The translations under genes and the position numbers were made by a program. Under the pieces are notes generated by a model. The model saw only the letters and a list, made by a program, of their open reading frames with translations, was not told where the DNA came from and ran no database searches. Positions 1 to 12,290 of a stretch of 64,000 nt of DNA are shown here, one piece after another. Position 1 is the stretch's first letter; every line of letters starts with the position of its first letter. The DNA is from Paragordius varius (lineage: Eukaryota > Animalia > Nematomorpha). The stretch spans positions 10,850,001-10,914,000 of the forward strand of contig OZ176054.1 in assembly GCA_964247055.1 (NCBI GenBank), given 5' to 3'.

Positions 1-3000
1 TCCTCTTTTATGGATAATGTGATTTTTTTACGTTTCCTCGCCAGTGTTAAATTATTGGGTTCATTAGTAACATTTAATTTCGTTTTGGCTAATTCTAAAT
101 GTTGTGAAATATATTTTTATACGTGATTAATTATTTAAAACAGATATACTACGCTTGATCTCAGGAAAACATAAAATAAAAACTTATCTCAATTCTGTTA
201 TCTGCAATTTCGAAGATTAACAGCTTTAATGATAATTTATTCAAATCAGCCGACATGTAACAAAGTTAAAAGTATTATTGTACCATGAATTTAAAATACA
301 TAAAATTTTGACTCTTTATACTGTAGGATGTGAGAGGGCGCTTAACAGGCGCTCTAAATAATCTAGGATCCCTAACAAACAAGGGAATGATTGGGAGTTT
401 AATGCAGCCCACATTAGGATTATTAGTTTGATGGATTTCTTTGAAATTTTTAATAAATGATTGCGTTTCCTTGGTGACGACCACATTTTCTTGATTTAAA
501 ATGTTGTTTGTTGACTTTTTTGCAAAATTGGTAAAACACGCTTTATTCAATTGTATATCTCGGGCTAATTTTTTAAGTTCCAACCAAATGGTACTTTGCC
601 TCTTTAATAGCTCTTTGTTTCTAAAAAATTACGTTTGGGGTAAAAAAATATTAATGTCAATACAATAGGAACAGTAATCTAATACTTTTCATTATTTCGA
701 TAACAATCACTCCACCACTGTAAGGGATTAGGGTTGGAATCTAAAATAATATAAAGCATATAAATAGTTTAGGCAATAAAATTTGCGATAATTTTTATAA
801 AACATTGTATCAACCGCTTAAAGAACTCAAAGATATCAAAATAACTGATTGTTTGAACATCCATCCGCACAATAATTACGTTTCTACTTCCAAACACTTT
901 GCATTAAAAGTCAAGTCCATACTATATATATCATTCTTCCCAAAATATATTATTAGGAATACTATTTTTTTTTGTTAGTATGTCAAAAAAACTCTTTCTA
1001 AATTAAAATTTTATATGAAAATGGGAAGAGAAAAACAATCACGGGACTAACCATTTTTTAACCGTCGTAAAATTAAATTGTGGGCCGGTTTCAATGTGTC
1101 CATGAGTAAACGCAAAGCCAATCTCCCAGTTAATCGAAATCGAATGAGCCGATTTTTAAGGAGCGTTATAGAGGCATAATTTTTATTAGCCATGCTTGAA
1201 TTATTTTCAAATTGAATGCAATGTGTTACATTGTGGGAATTTAGGGGCTTTTTATAGCTGTTGTTATTCAAAGGGTTACATTTAGGGTTTTGTGGATTAT
1301 TATCAACTATACGCAAAACATTTTTAACATTTTGAAGGAGTCGCTGTTCGCGTTCGTTAAATTTAAGAACTTTGGATATGATTGGGCTTTGGTCTTTCTC
1401 TATAAGATGGTAGATATTAGATATTATACAATACAACAGACAAAAAAGATTTGTGATAAATTAAATATTAAAAATCTTATTGAATATAAAATTAATTGTT
1501 TTAATATATTAACAAATTGCATTCAAAATCAACCATTATATCAATGCAATATAGTAAAACAAATATTCCATAAATCTATAAAATTTCTGTTACTGTCATA
1601 TTAATAATAAACGATTTCAATAGTAGTTAAAATTATATGATTAACAGGCATTTAAATTTAAAACTCTGGTTTGAGGATATTATAATATGAAATAGTTAAC
1701 AGTCATATAAATGTTCAGAAATATTATTTCTATCCTGTAAGCAATAATTCGATTTCGGATAGATTCTTTCCAAACAGTTTTAAGATTTTAGACAATTAAT
1801 CACACAACAGCTTCTGAAATATCAAAGATTTTTTTATATGTAAACTATGTATCAGGATTTTTTTGGGCTGCCTTAAAGTGTAGAAAAGTTATATCATTTT
1901 TGTGTTTGCTTAACAAATTTTCTGATGTAGGCTAATTTTTAAAAGATATAAAATATTATATTCGAAGGAAAATCCAAATTTTTATTAAAATTATTATGGA
2001 TCCTAAGGTTTAAAAACTTTGCGCCCGCTAACATAAGTTAAATTTCTATAAATAAACGCAAGAATTGGATATATTTATTTAACATATGGTAGATTATGAT
2101 CATTTTAATACATTTAAAAAATAAAAAAAGACTGTACACTTGACTTTCGTCAAATTTGGTTTTTTACCTACTTTTTCATATATTAGCGGGCGAATGTATA
2201 GCCTATGTAATATTTAAAATGAAAAACAATTTAAGTCCAATTTTTTGGACATTTATTTAGATTAATAATTGCAATATTAAATTATAATGAAGTGCGATAT
2301 TAATTATGCGTAAATAAAGAATTATAACTCTTATGTAAGGTAACACTTTACTACCTTTTGGGAAGTTTATATCCCAGAGCGATATAAAATTTAAATATCT
2401 TAAAAAGTATTTAAAATATTAAGCCGAATTATAAAATATGCTTTCTTTAGTGATTTAGGCGCATTATGCAAATTTTTTTTAAATAAACAAAATATTGTAA
2501 AAAAATCCTCATCTCAAACTCTTTTGCCTCCATAATCTTTTATATTTTGTAAATCGCTAATGCAACAGGATGGTTAGAAAATATGCGTTTAAACATATCT
2601 GGCCCAAACAGAAAAGGCCGCCCTAAACTCACATTAACAGCTGACACAAGATTTCTTACAATTCAGTATTCACAAGTCTTTTAGAAAAAGCATGGTAACA
2701 CCAGATACCATGGGACCTAAAGATGAAATAATGAACTTTAAAAAACAAGCCACATTTTACCAGCAAATAGATATATTTTGATTTAATATCAGCTGTTCGT
2801 TTCAGTGGTATTTTCGAGCTATCCTAATTTTCGACTGTAAAAGTCATAAAACTCTAACAATGAACATTTTTACTAAAATTACTATAATACAGTAATTTAA
2901 TTATAAAATTGAGCTCCAGATATAAAAAAAATGTAAACTAGGATAAAAAAAAGGTTAATAAAATAAATTTTAAATGTACAAAATACCATTTAAAGGTGCG

Positions 3001-3871
3001 ACGTTTGTTGTGAAATTCAATATCGAATATAAATAATTTAAGAGTGTATCATGTAAGCAGGGGTGAACCCAAATCCATAATCTAAAACTAGAATCTGTAA
3101 TTAAAATGATAAAAAAAACTGTGATTATTTTGCGGTATAAACATATAAGTAACCGGTCCTATTGCTGAATAAGGATATTTCCCCGGCTCAAACATCCAAG
3201 AATAATTCTCTTGATAAAAATGAATATCATCCTGATTCCGAATAAATGGAAAAAAGATTGTGGAAAATTTACTGATAAAATTTTCCAAACTCGTACCGAC
3301 TTCAATGCAATTCATAAATGAAATATCCTATGATTAGCAAAAATCTAAATAACTTGAATCACACATCCAGTACCGGCTCCTTTAAGAGATGCTCTATAAT
3401 ATTTATCATTAGGATGTATAGGTATCATATAATTCCATTGTTTTAAAATTTTAAATCTTTTGGCATGCCATAAATGAGTTTCAAGCCACATATTGCCTTT
3501 CTGTCGCAAAGCATAATGCAATTTTATGAGACCAGGTTGGCGTTTAACACGACGATATAATTTTAATTTTTTTATGGCTTTGATATCTTTTTTATCAAGC
3601 GAATTAATTTGATTTGCATAATTTTTGGCCGCAATCTATATTAATAATGTTAAAAACTATTCGCAGTCGTTTTGGTAGCCGTCTGATATCTTCACTAGCA
3701 GCTCTCCGAATCATTTTTCGTGGCAAAGTTTGATATACATTACGACCACCGCCTCGTTTAGAATCATTTATAATATTTAAAAGCTTTGCTATATCCCCCT
3801 TGGTGCTTTCTACAAATGAAGATACATGAATATCTAAATTTAAAAAATAAAAAACCTTTTATATCAGACAT
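1..3871 (-). CDS. POP1: Ribonuclease P/MRP protein subunit POP1, multi-exon, 3' end truncated by the window edge
   Basis: Hand-spliced exons 3871-3856, 3833-3658, 3635-3354, 3327-3120, 3094-2987, 1399-1063, 620-322, 94-<1 keep one open frame with consistent phases. Recognised POP1 motifs: YQTLPRKMIRRAASEDIRRLPKRLR, WLETHLWHAKRF, CVIQ|DISFMNCIE, YPYSAIGPVTY, LWIWVHP, RFRLTG, VRDPRL. The last two junctions (1063/620 and 322/94) are less certain. Confidence 0.93.
3095..3119 (-). other. 25-nt GT-AG intron (POP1 intron 4)
   Basis: GTTTTTTTTATCATTTTAATTACAG; removal joins GPVTYMF to the LWIWVHP motif, while retention hits TAG at 3088. Confidence 0.87.
3328..3353 (-). other. 26-nt GT-AG intron (POP1 intron 3)
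   Basis: GTTATTTAGATTTTTGCTAATCATAG; removal restores CVIQ-DISF (the conserved QDxSY motif), while retention gives an immediate in-frame TAG. Confidence 0.9.
3636..3657 (-). other. 22-nt GT-AG intron (POP1 intron 2)
   Basis: GTTTTTAACATTATTAATATAG; removal puts RLPKRLR in frame with WLETHLWHAKRF, while retention leads to a TAA. Confidence 0.88.
3834..3855 (-). other. 22-nt GT-AG intron (POP1 intron 1)
   Basis: GTTTTTTATTTTTTAAATTTAG; joins ATG-SDIK to DIHVSSFVE in phase 1. Confidence 0.75.
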
Positions 3872-5214
3872 TCAAATATTTAAAAATATTATGGCAAAGT
3901 TGGTCATATGTTAAAATAGCGTTGATCTAATCAAAATAAAAAATGCATGTGTAAATTAAACACATAACAATAAAATCCCTTATAAAAAATTAGATTTGGC
4001 AATGCAAAAATTTTTCATAAATAATAATAAATTATTTTATATTAATTTTATCCATTTTAAATAAGGTATTTTTAAAAAGTTATCATTGGTATGTATTTTG
4101 AGAAACTATTATTTTATTGAAAACCAAATAGCAGCTCTTTTGAGATTATTTATCTGGCTTTGCATTCATTTGGTATGTATAAAAGCAGTATTTAATAGGC
4201 GTTTATGTTTGAGATTTATCCTAATAATATTAGACTAATGAAAAATATAAATAACATCTCGATAATTTAATACGTCAAAAGAATTTTCTTGTCTAAATAT
4301 TATAAAAATCAGATTGTGCTATTCTCCAAAAAGTTAATTAAAAGAAATAATTATTTTGTCTTAAGTTGGCACCAATATTCTTGGTTTTTATAACTGATCC
4401 GATATGACTCGGGACCAGCGGTTTATGGCCTTGCTGGTAGCAATTTTAACTCAAAAAATGGCGGGCCACATTCAAAAATTACATGGACACTCATAAATAA
4501 TTATATTTTAAAGCATAAAATATAAAATGCCAAATAATATAAGACATTTTTCTTCTTTTTGCTTATTGATCGACTTAATAAAAAAAACTGTTTATAAACT
4601 ATAAAATTAAGTTATGGTGAGGATGATTAATAATAATGGATTTGTTCACTGGACGTGCATTAGGGCCACATGTTGGATTCTGCTTAGAATATAATTTTAT
4701 GAAATATTAATTTTAGATTGTGTATTTGAAAAGGAAATAATATTTTAAGTTTTTTACTTATTTCACCAGATTGACACACAACACACGTTAGCAATCTTAG
4801 AGTATATATTGCAGCAAAATATATAATTATTAATATAATAAATATACTCAAGTATTCAAGTTTTATAAACTGTACATATTTTCTGATTACAATTAATAAA
4901 ATAGCATTTTTTTATTACCTATGGATGCTGGTTATTCTGTCTTAATGTTAGACATTAGCTCAATATCGATGCTCAACTGTGCTATTGATTATTTAAAAAA
5001 TATTTTTTTATACATATTAAATATGACACTATAATCATAGTTATGTAATTCCGTTTATCTTTTTATGTAAAAATCTAATTTATAGAATGCATCATTTGCA
5101 ATTTATTATGTTAACTATTAAGATATCTTTTAAGTTACTTAGTTTTTAATTTCCATACGCTACAAGTATGGTTGAACAAAGTCCCGGCAAACTAGTTCAT
5201 AAAAATGTGCCATC

Positions 5215-7830
5215 AATTAAAATGATAGATAAAATACGTATAAGAAACTGGAACGTCAGGGGGGTTGGAATTAAGAAATAAAGACCCTAATATGAAAGGA
5301 CATGCACAGATTCCAATTAAATTTGGGACAGAAACCTATTACAAGGTCAATGGTGTTTTATATAATGAAGAAAATTGTATTTATATGTCCGGTGATGCAA
5401 GGAAGGGGGATGTTGATACTAAATATGGAATATAATAAATATGGCAATCCGTTTAATTTATACGGGTCTAGAATCATGAGCATCAGATCTATGTACGGTT
5501 AATTAACAACTATCATTAAGATTTACTCTTACAGCTGACTCCGAACAGGAAAAAATAGAGCTTTTTATGAACAGCTCCAAGACTTGATAAAATATGTGCC
5601 TTAAATATGAGTATAATAAGTGATGACTGAAATAGTAAGATTGGAAATCAAGAGCACACTATGCGCGGATTAGGCAAAAGGAAGTAAGCTGATGAAGGAT
5701 ATCTGTGTGATTAATCAAATTGTTATGAATTAATGGTATAAACAACAAAGACGTTTATACCCTGGACCTCCTTTTGACAAAAAAATGATCAAATAGATTA
5801 TTTTATAGGACAACAAAAATGGAAAAGGTTCTTCATAATTTCTAAAACTAAAAAAAGTTGTGACTGTCAAGCGATCACCATATTAAAAACAACATAAAAA
5901 TTAAACCCCGGAAGAAGGAAAAAGAATACAATTACAACGTAGAACTATATCCTTTAGAATATAAGATAAAACAATAATTTGAATTACTAGGTAAGACAGA
6001 TAATAACCGAGAAAAAAATGGAATAATACTAAAACAAATTCACTTGACATTAAAAAAATATTTACCTAAGAAAAACCATGTAAAAAGGGTTATCAGATGA
6101 TTGTATAAAATACTTGAAGAAAGAAGAAGAGCTAAGGATAGAAGGGAAATAGATATGATTAAATTCCACACTCTAAGGAATACTGGAATGAACAATGCAC
6201 ATTATTGAGGAAGCAAACAGCAAATGATTAAGTAAACTTCTGTTCCAAACCATCAGAAGAGTTATAAATCAAGACTACCTCCAAACATTAAAAAAAGGAT
6301 GGTGACAGAAAGACCTTGACGGGGGAAATATAAAATAAACAAAGATGGGAAAATTATACCAAACAGCCATATAATGCACATCCAGGTGCAAACGATAGAC
6401 AAATTTTTGATAATGGAGATGTTATGTATATTGAAAGCAGAGGTGGTAAAAGCTTTATCGATACTAATAAAGAAAGCTTCTGGAATAGATAATATTTCTT
6501 TGGAATTAATAAGAGTAATGATAAGAAATATGCAAGGATTGTGTCAGGAAGTATGGAAGTCATGTATTAAGCCAAAAGACTGGCAAACTTCATACTGTTT
6601 ATCCCAATCTTTAAAAGGGGAGGTAAATGAAATTGCGAGAACTATCGAAACATAGCTCTCATTAGTCTTGCAAGCAAAATTATATTGAAGATATCCAGAA
6701 AGACTACACCAAGTAGCCAGGAAAATTCCAGATGTTCAAGCAGAATTTATGAAAGGGCGTAGCACAGAAATCACATTGGTTACGTGAGACACATAATTGA
6801 AACATGTAAAGAATACAAGTAGAATATATACCCCAGCTGTTGACTCGATTGACCTGTCCATTTATGGCGAAGTATGGAAGCAATGGGAGTTACAGCAAAG
6901 CTCATAACCTTTCTTATATGTCTGAACACAAAAAAGTTATTATACAAACCCTTAAAGCAACCAGTGAAATTTCAATACAGAAAGGTGTTAGACGAGGATG
7001 TTGCCTCTCACCATACTTGTTTAGTTTTTGTACAGAATTGATCATGTGAAAAGTAGAAGCTACTGAAAGCCTAAGGATAGGAGGGAGAAGAATAAACAAT
7101 CTAACGCAGATGACACGGCGCTGATCGTAGATAATGTAGAAAGTTTAAATTATATGATAAGGTTATTGAGAGAAGAAAGCAAAAGATATGGATTGAACCT
7201 CAATCCTAAGAAAATCAAAATTATGAGTTTATCAAAGAACCAACCTGATATAACCATCGACACCTCAGTAGAAGTAATTGAAATCCTATTCTTAGGCTCT
7301 AGACATAAACGCTCTACCCCAGATATTAAACGCCGCCTTACATTAGGAAAGTCAGCTGCGAACAAGTTGACTAAATTATGGAAAAGTTAAGATATCACTA
7401 TGAAAACTAAAGTGAGAGTAATGAAAGGTATGTTTTTTCCGGTAGCGACTTATGCTGCCGAAAGTTGGACACTAAAACTGAATGATTAAAAAGGATTGCA
7501 GCATTTGAAATGTGGTTTTGAGGGAGAATAGTAAATATAAGATGGCCATCAAGGTTAAGAATGAATAATTAATAAAAAATTAAATGTTGAGAGTAACTTA
7601 ATGAGAGCTATAATAAAAAGAAAGTTAGGGACATTGGTCGCATTTTAAGAAATACATCCCTGGAGGATTCGATATTTGCGAAAGTTTAAGGGAAAAGAAA
7701 AAAAGATGACCGATGTTAAGATGGCTGAACATTTTAAAGAAGAAATCTTCATAAGTCAATTGAAAAAAATAGCACACGAAAGAGAGTGGAGAGAACTAGT
7801 CATTTCACCAAGGGATCGAACTCGACCTAA
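5215..7830 (+). mobile_element. Decayed RTE-clade non-LTR retrotransposon (APE endonuclease plus RT), many stops and frameshifts
   Basis: Fragments RNWNVRG (APE start), KASGIDNISLELIR, PKDWQTS, ISIQKGVRRGCCLSPYLF, ADDTALI, LNLNPKKIKIM, FLGS, VATYAAESWTL and AAFEMWF occur in RTE order. Confidence 0.88.
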
Positions 7831-9149
7831 GAAATTACCTACCCTTATTGTAAGCAATCCACTTTTTTATATTTTCAAAATAAATATCATATTGATTTAA
7901 ATGGATAATGGCATAGTTATAATTGAGTTATGATACATACAGTAAAAATTAAAATTATACGAACGTAAAAATATAAACAAATATTTTTTTCTGAAAGACA
8001 ACCCTACTTTTCAAACCTTTATTTATCCTACATAAAGTATTTATACACTAGATAACAAATTTGACTTTATTAAAAGCCATTTTTGTATAAACTTAATTTC
8101 ATTAAAGTACATAATTGATATATCTGAAAAAAATTGGTCTAACACCTAGGAATTTTTTTATAAGTGTTTGTCGAAAAATTTTGGCCCCAATTTAACAGTA
8201 AGCTGGAAATTAAAATTAAAAATTTAGATATAGAGCTATGTATTTTATATCATTTGAAAGAGCGCGATAGATCAAATTTTTCGAATGGTAGTTGGTCATT
8301 TAAATCAATCTTATGTAAAATTTTTTGCCTTTACATGGTCAATGTTTAAACCATAAAACTAATTTAAAGATCATAGAGTTAGTATGAAAACTTTTGAAAA
8401 ATGTCCTTAATTGATTTTAAATTTTTTTATTGTTTTACGTAAACATCCCAATATGCGCATTCTCCTGATAATGTTTTATTCAGCCACATTAAACTTCTTT
8501 AGACTTTCAGTGTACCATTAATTCATAAGTTAATTATAAATTATTATTAATTTATGCTTTGACACAACTTTTCTAAACATCAATAAATATATATATTTAT
8601 ATTTTAAAATTTTAGTTATACAGTGGCGTATGCAGTAAAAGATTGTTAGTGCAAAGTAATCTTAACGAACACAAAACAGGGGTACAATTTTCATATATTA
8701 AATTCCTATTTATAAACATATCCATAATATCCCCCTATTAAGATTATTTTGCACTAACAATCTTTTACTGCAAACTTTTGAGTTGAATAAATTTATTTAA
8801 TTCTTAAGTATTTTTTCTAATGAAAAATAAAAACAATATGTCTTTTTTAATTTGTGGCTAAACAAAACATCGTCAGAAGAATGCGCATGTTGAATGGATG
8901 TTTACGTAAATCAATAAAAAAAAGACTAATACAATTAAAAACGTACGTTTAAAAGTTTCCATACACGACTGTAAATTATTTTAGTATAATTATTAGGGTC
9001 TCATTAAGAAAAAATTTTAAAATATCTTTGAAAAGGCTTTTCGTTTGCTTTTTTAATAAAAATCATTATTATAAAAATTATTGTGGATCCTAAAATGCAT
9101 AGTTAGAACTGTTATAAAAAAATCAAGAATACCTTAAACTATATATCTA

Positions 9150-10262
9150 GTATGAATAATTTATTTTGACTAAAAATGCGAATAATATAAAAATTAAAGA
9201 TAATTATATATTTCGAATTCGCTTAAGCAATCCATTATCATAAAAAATCTAGCGCCCCTTTATAAGTGAACCTAACAGGTGTTTATGGTACAAAAGGGGG
9301 GACAGAAACAATTTAAATATACAGGTCAAATTGTTTGTGCGAATCACATCACTATGTTAGCTGTGGATTAATAGATAAAAAAGAAAAGAACGTTTGATAA
9401 AAATTATTTGAAAAAAGGGGGTAGGATTTACAATTGTTAAATTATTATGTGCGCCATATATAAGAAATGACACCTTATGTTTTTCAATTTCAATAGCTTT
9501 TTTTATATTTTTCTTTTGTGTTGATTTTTAATATTAGTTATGACTTCTATATTAAAAATATAACTACAAAAATAGGCAAAGTACGAAATCAGAACAGTTT
9601 ACAAACCACCTAAAAAACTTCTAAACTTTTTTAAATACAAAGATGCTATACCAAAAGAACAAATACCAGGAATCTATAAAATTTCATGTCAAGTAATGTA
9701 AATTGGAGAATCTGAAAGAGCCATAGCCACCAGAGTAAAAGAACATGAGCAGTACATCAGGAAAGGCAAATTCACCTCGGGCTTGTCAGAAGATATTTGC
9801 ACAAATAATCACACAAAATAAAATTGAATTCATAACTAATATTGAAAATCAACACAAAAGAAAAATAAGAGAAGCTATTGAAATTCAAAAACATAAGGCG
9901 CACTGGATTAAAACGATAGATTAGAACTGTCGTATATATATGGCGCACCCTTTTATAATAATTCAACAATTTTAAATCGTTCTCCCTTTTTTTAAATAAT
10001 TTATCAAACGTTCTTTTCTTTTTTGACCTATTAATCTACAGCTAACATAGTGATGTGAGATTCGCTCAAACAATTACACCTGTATATTTTAATTTATGTT
10101 CCCCCTTTTTGTACCATAAACATCACTGATAGGTACATATATATATATAGCGGTGTTCGCTAGATTTTTATGATAATGAATCGCCTAAGAGGATCTGAAA
10201 TATATAATTATCTTTTATTTTTATATTATTCGCATTATTAGTGAAAATAAATTGTTCATATT
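9150..10262. mobile_element. Foldback element with ~310-bp inverted arms (about 9150-9465 and 9940-10262)
   Basis: Arms share long reverse-complement matches (e.g. tttatggtacaaaagggg / ccccttttgtaccataaa; atcacatcactatgttagctgt / acagctaacatagtgatgtga). Ends are TGAA...TTCA flanked by TA. Confidence 0.7.
9590..9900 (+). pseudogene. Penelope-like element GIY-YIG endonuclease fragment
   Basis: PGIYKISCQVM*IGESERAIATRVKEHEQYI...; after a frameshift, IENQHKRKIREAIEIQKH. This is the typical Penelope EN C-terminus. Confidence 0.85.
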
Positions 10263-10997
10263 ATTCCTATTATTTAAATATGCGATTCCTTCACTTCTAT
10301 ATTACTAGTCTTTGAAGTTTTGAAATTATAAGCATTCTAAAGAAAAAAAAATATTATTGATATGATGGTGTATTTTTCAAAAAACAAAAAACTAAAAATC
10401 TGTTTTGAATGACATAAAAGCAATAAATAAGTGTATTAATCCAAATAATGTTATCTTTTTTAGACATTTATTACCATCAACACAAAGTTTATGCTATTTT
10501 CATCCATTACTTTGAAAAATGTATTAATTAAACACCCTCTCGCTTCGCGGGTTTGTCGCTTCCTATCTCCAATATTGACAATTGATGTAAAACATATATA
10601 GAGTTTTTATTCCTTTGAATGATATATTACGAATGGGCATTTGTTAATTTTGAAGGAAAAACATTTTTTAGTACAATTTTGATAAGAAGGGCGCATAATC
10701 ATAAACAATTGAATTATAAAAATTCTTTGGTGAAATTATTATTATTTTTTCAGATAGACTGTTTTATTGTAAATATCTAAAAATGCAAAAAACTCGATTG
10801 ACCGAAAAATTTAGTGTTAAAAATTTTAAATGCTATAATTGAGTATATTAACAATTTACCTCTCAATTCCCTATTTTGTAAGAATATTTGAAAAAACTTA
10901 ATTTGAAAAAGTATGATTGTAAAATAAAAATATTTGTTTTTCCATTTTTACCCCGTATAATTCCCATATTTACTGTAAATTAAGTGTTACATATATA

Positions 10998-11657
10998 CCA
11001 TTTGCACTTCAAGAGTGTCCTTGAACACTTCAGGTTGGTCCTTGAACAATTCAATTTGGTCCTTGAACAATTCAAGGTCCTTGAACACTTCAAGTTGGTC
11101 CTTAAAATTTATAAATTTTGATTTAACCATAATTTTTGCATTTATTTTTTTATTTTATTATTTATTAACCTAATTTACTTTATTTATTATATATTTATTC
11201 ATTTAAAAATAAATTTTTTATTTAAAAACCACTTTTTTGTTTCAAACTATTTTTTTTTCAATTAAACAAAATTATTGACTTTTGAATGTTTTAAATGAAA
11301 AATTTTAAGTAATAACCCTAAAAACTTATCTATTTTTTCATTTCGTGTTACAATCTTATAAATCAAAATTATTTTAAGAAAATAAAGATATACGGTTTAT
11401 CAAAGATTAAAAGTTGATATCGATTTAAAATTTATGTTAAATATAGAAAATAGGTTAAAAACAATAAAATAGATGAATTATTTGATTGATAAAAGTTAAA
11501 AACAAAACAAAAAAGTCAAAGGACCAAGTTGACCAACTTGAATTGTTCAAGGACCAACTTTAATTGTTCAAGGACCAACTTGAACTGTTCAAGGACCAAC
11601 TTGAACTGTTCAAGGACCAACTTGAAGTGTTCAAGGACACTCTTAAAGTGCAAATGG
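10998..11657. mobile_element. MITE family A with 21-bp tandem subterminal repeats, TA-flanked
   Basis: TIR CCATTTGCACTT...AAGTGCAAATGG; arrays of TTGAACAATTCAAGTTGGTCC; an inverted second copy lies at 57224. Confidence 0.85.
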
Positions 11658-11689
11658 TATATATAAAAGATTCTGTTAAAATTTTTGCA

Positions 11690-12290
11690 GCTGAGTTCAT
11701 TTAATGGAAATAGCCAAGAATCAAATCAGACATTTAGGCGCAATGGTCAATTATCTCATTTGTGTCGTACAATTAACGTATAGAAAATTGCAAAGGACTT
11801 GTAAAATCTTGCTTCAACGTCATGAAACGTAATGATTCCTGCATCGAATTGGGATATGGGTGATACGAAGTGGCTTTATTATGTAAATCCAAAGATATCT
11901 TGGATTACGATTCCAAGCCTGTCCATCCACACCAAAGATAATCGCTAAGATAGACAACCATGCTCTGAGTCTGATGGAACCTGAGAGGTATTGATATACC
12001 TTCGAAACCCGTTAACACCGTTTATACACAATGCTATTGCCAATAAAGGACAGGAATGGACCAGAAGACATTTAAAGTGATGTTGCCACATGGCAGAGCT
12101 GCGTCTCACACAGCAAAACCATCCAACACCCTGATGGAAAATCATCCGCTCAACTTTCCTAACATGGTGCCATCTGATGAATGTCTTTTCCAATCAATAG
12201 TGTAACCTTCTCACAGAAAAGCACCCTAATAATTTTGAGGACGTTGAAAATTGGCCTTGTCCCAAAGGAAAAGCATTCATATATTAATTG
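11690..12290 (+). pseudogene. Decayed mariner (Mos1-like DD34D) transposase
   Basis: Across frameshifts: RTCKILLQR, MGDTKWLYYVNPK (cf. TGDEKWIYYDNPK), ML*V*WNLRG, KVMLPHGRAASHTAK (cf. LLHDNARPHTA), PNMVPSDECLFQSI (cf. PDLAPSDYHLF), EDVENW. Confidence 0.8.

Larger units (their letters stand above)
8046..10816. mobile_element. Non-autonomous CACT-terminal DNA element (family D, Chapaev3-like) carrying nested insertions
   Basis: Starts CACTAGATAACAAATTT and ends TAGTG followed by TTA. Internal sequence is homologous to the copies at 15254, 18820 and 37593. It is interrupted by palindromic inserts at about 8420-8925 and 9150-10262. Confidence 0.7.

Noticed and set aside
275-1436. ORFs at 275-583 and 1047-1436 initially read as Penelope RT linker
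   Set aside because: RFRLTG and VRDPRL motifs plus splice phases identify them as POP1 exons.
11030-11640. Direct-repeat arrays as possible CRISPR
   Set aside because: The 21-bp units are contiguous with no unique spacers, are arranged as inverted arms, and the context is eukaryotic with no cas genes.
11980-11998. 19-nt GT-AG segment on the minus strand as another tiny intron
   Set aside because: Removal does not yield an open or recognisable frame, and it lies within the mariner fossil.
11945-12230. Several in-frame TGA codons suggesting a selenoprotein or an alternative genetic code
   Set aside because: The region is a frameshifted mariner fossil on the plus strand; real genes in the window translate under the standard code.
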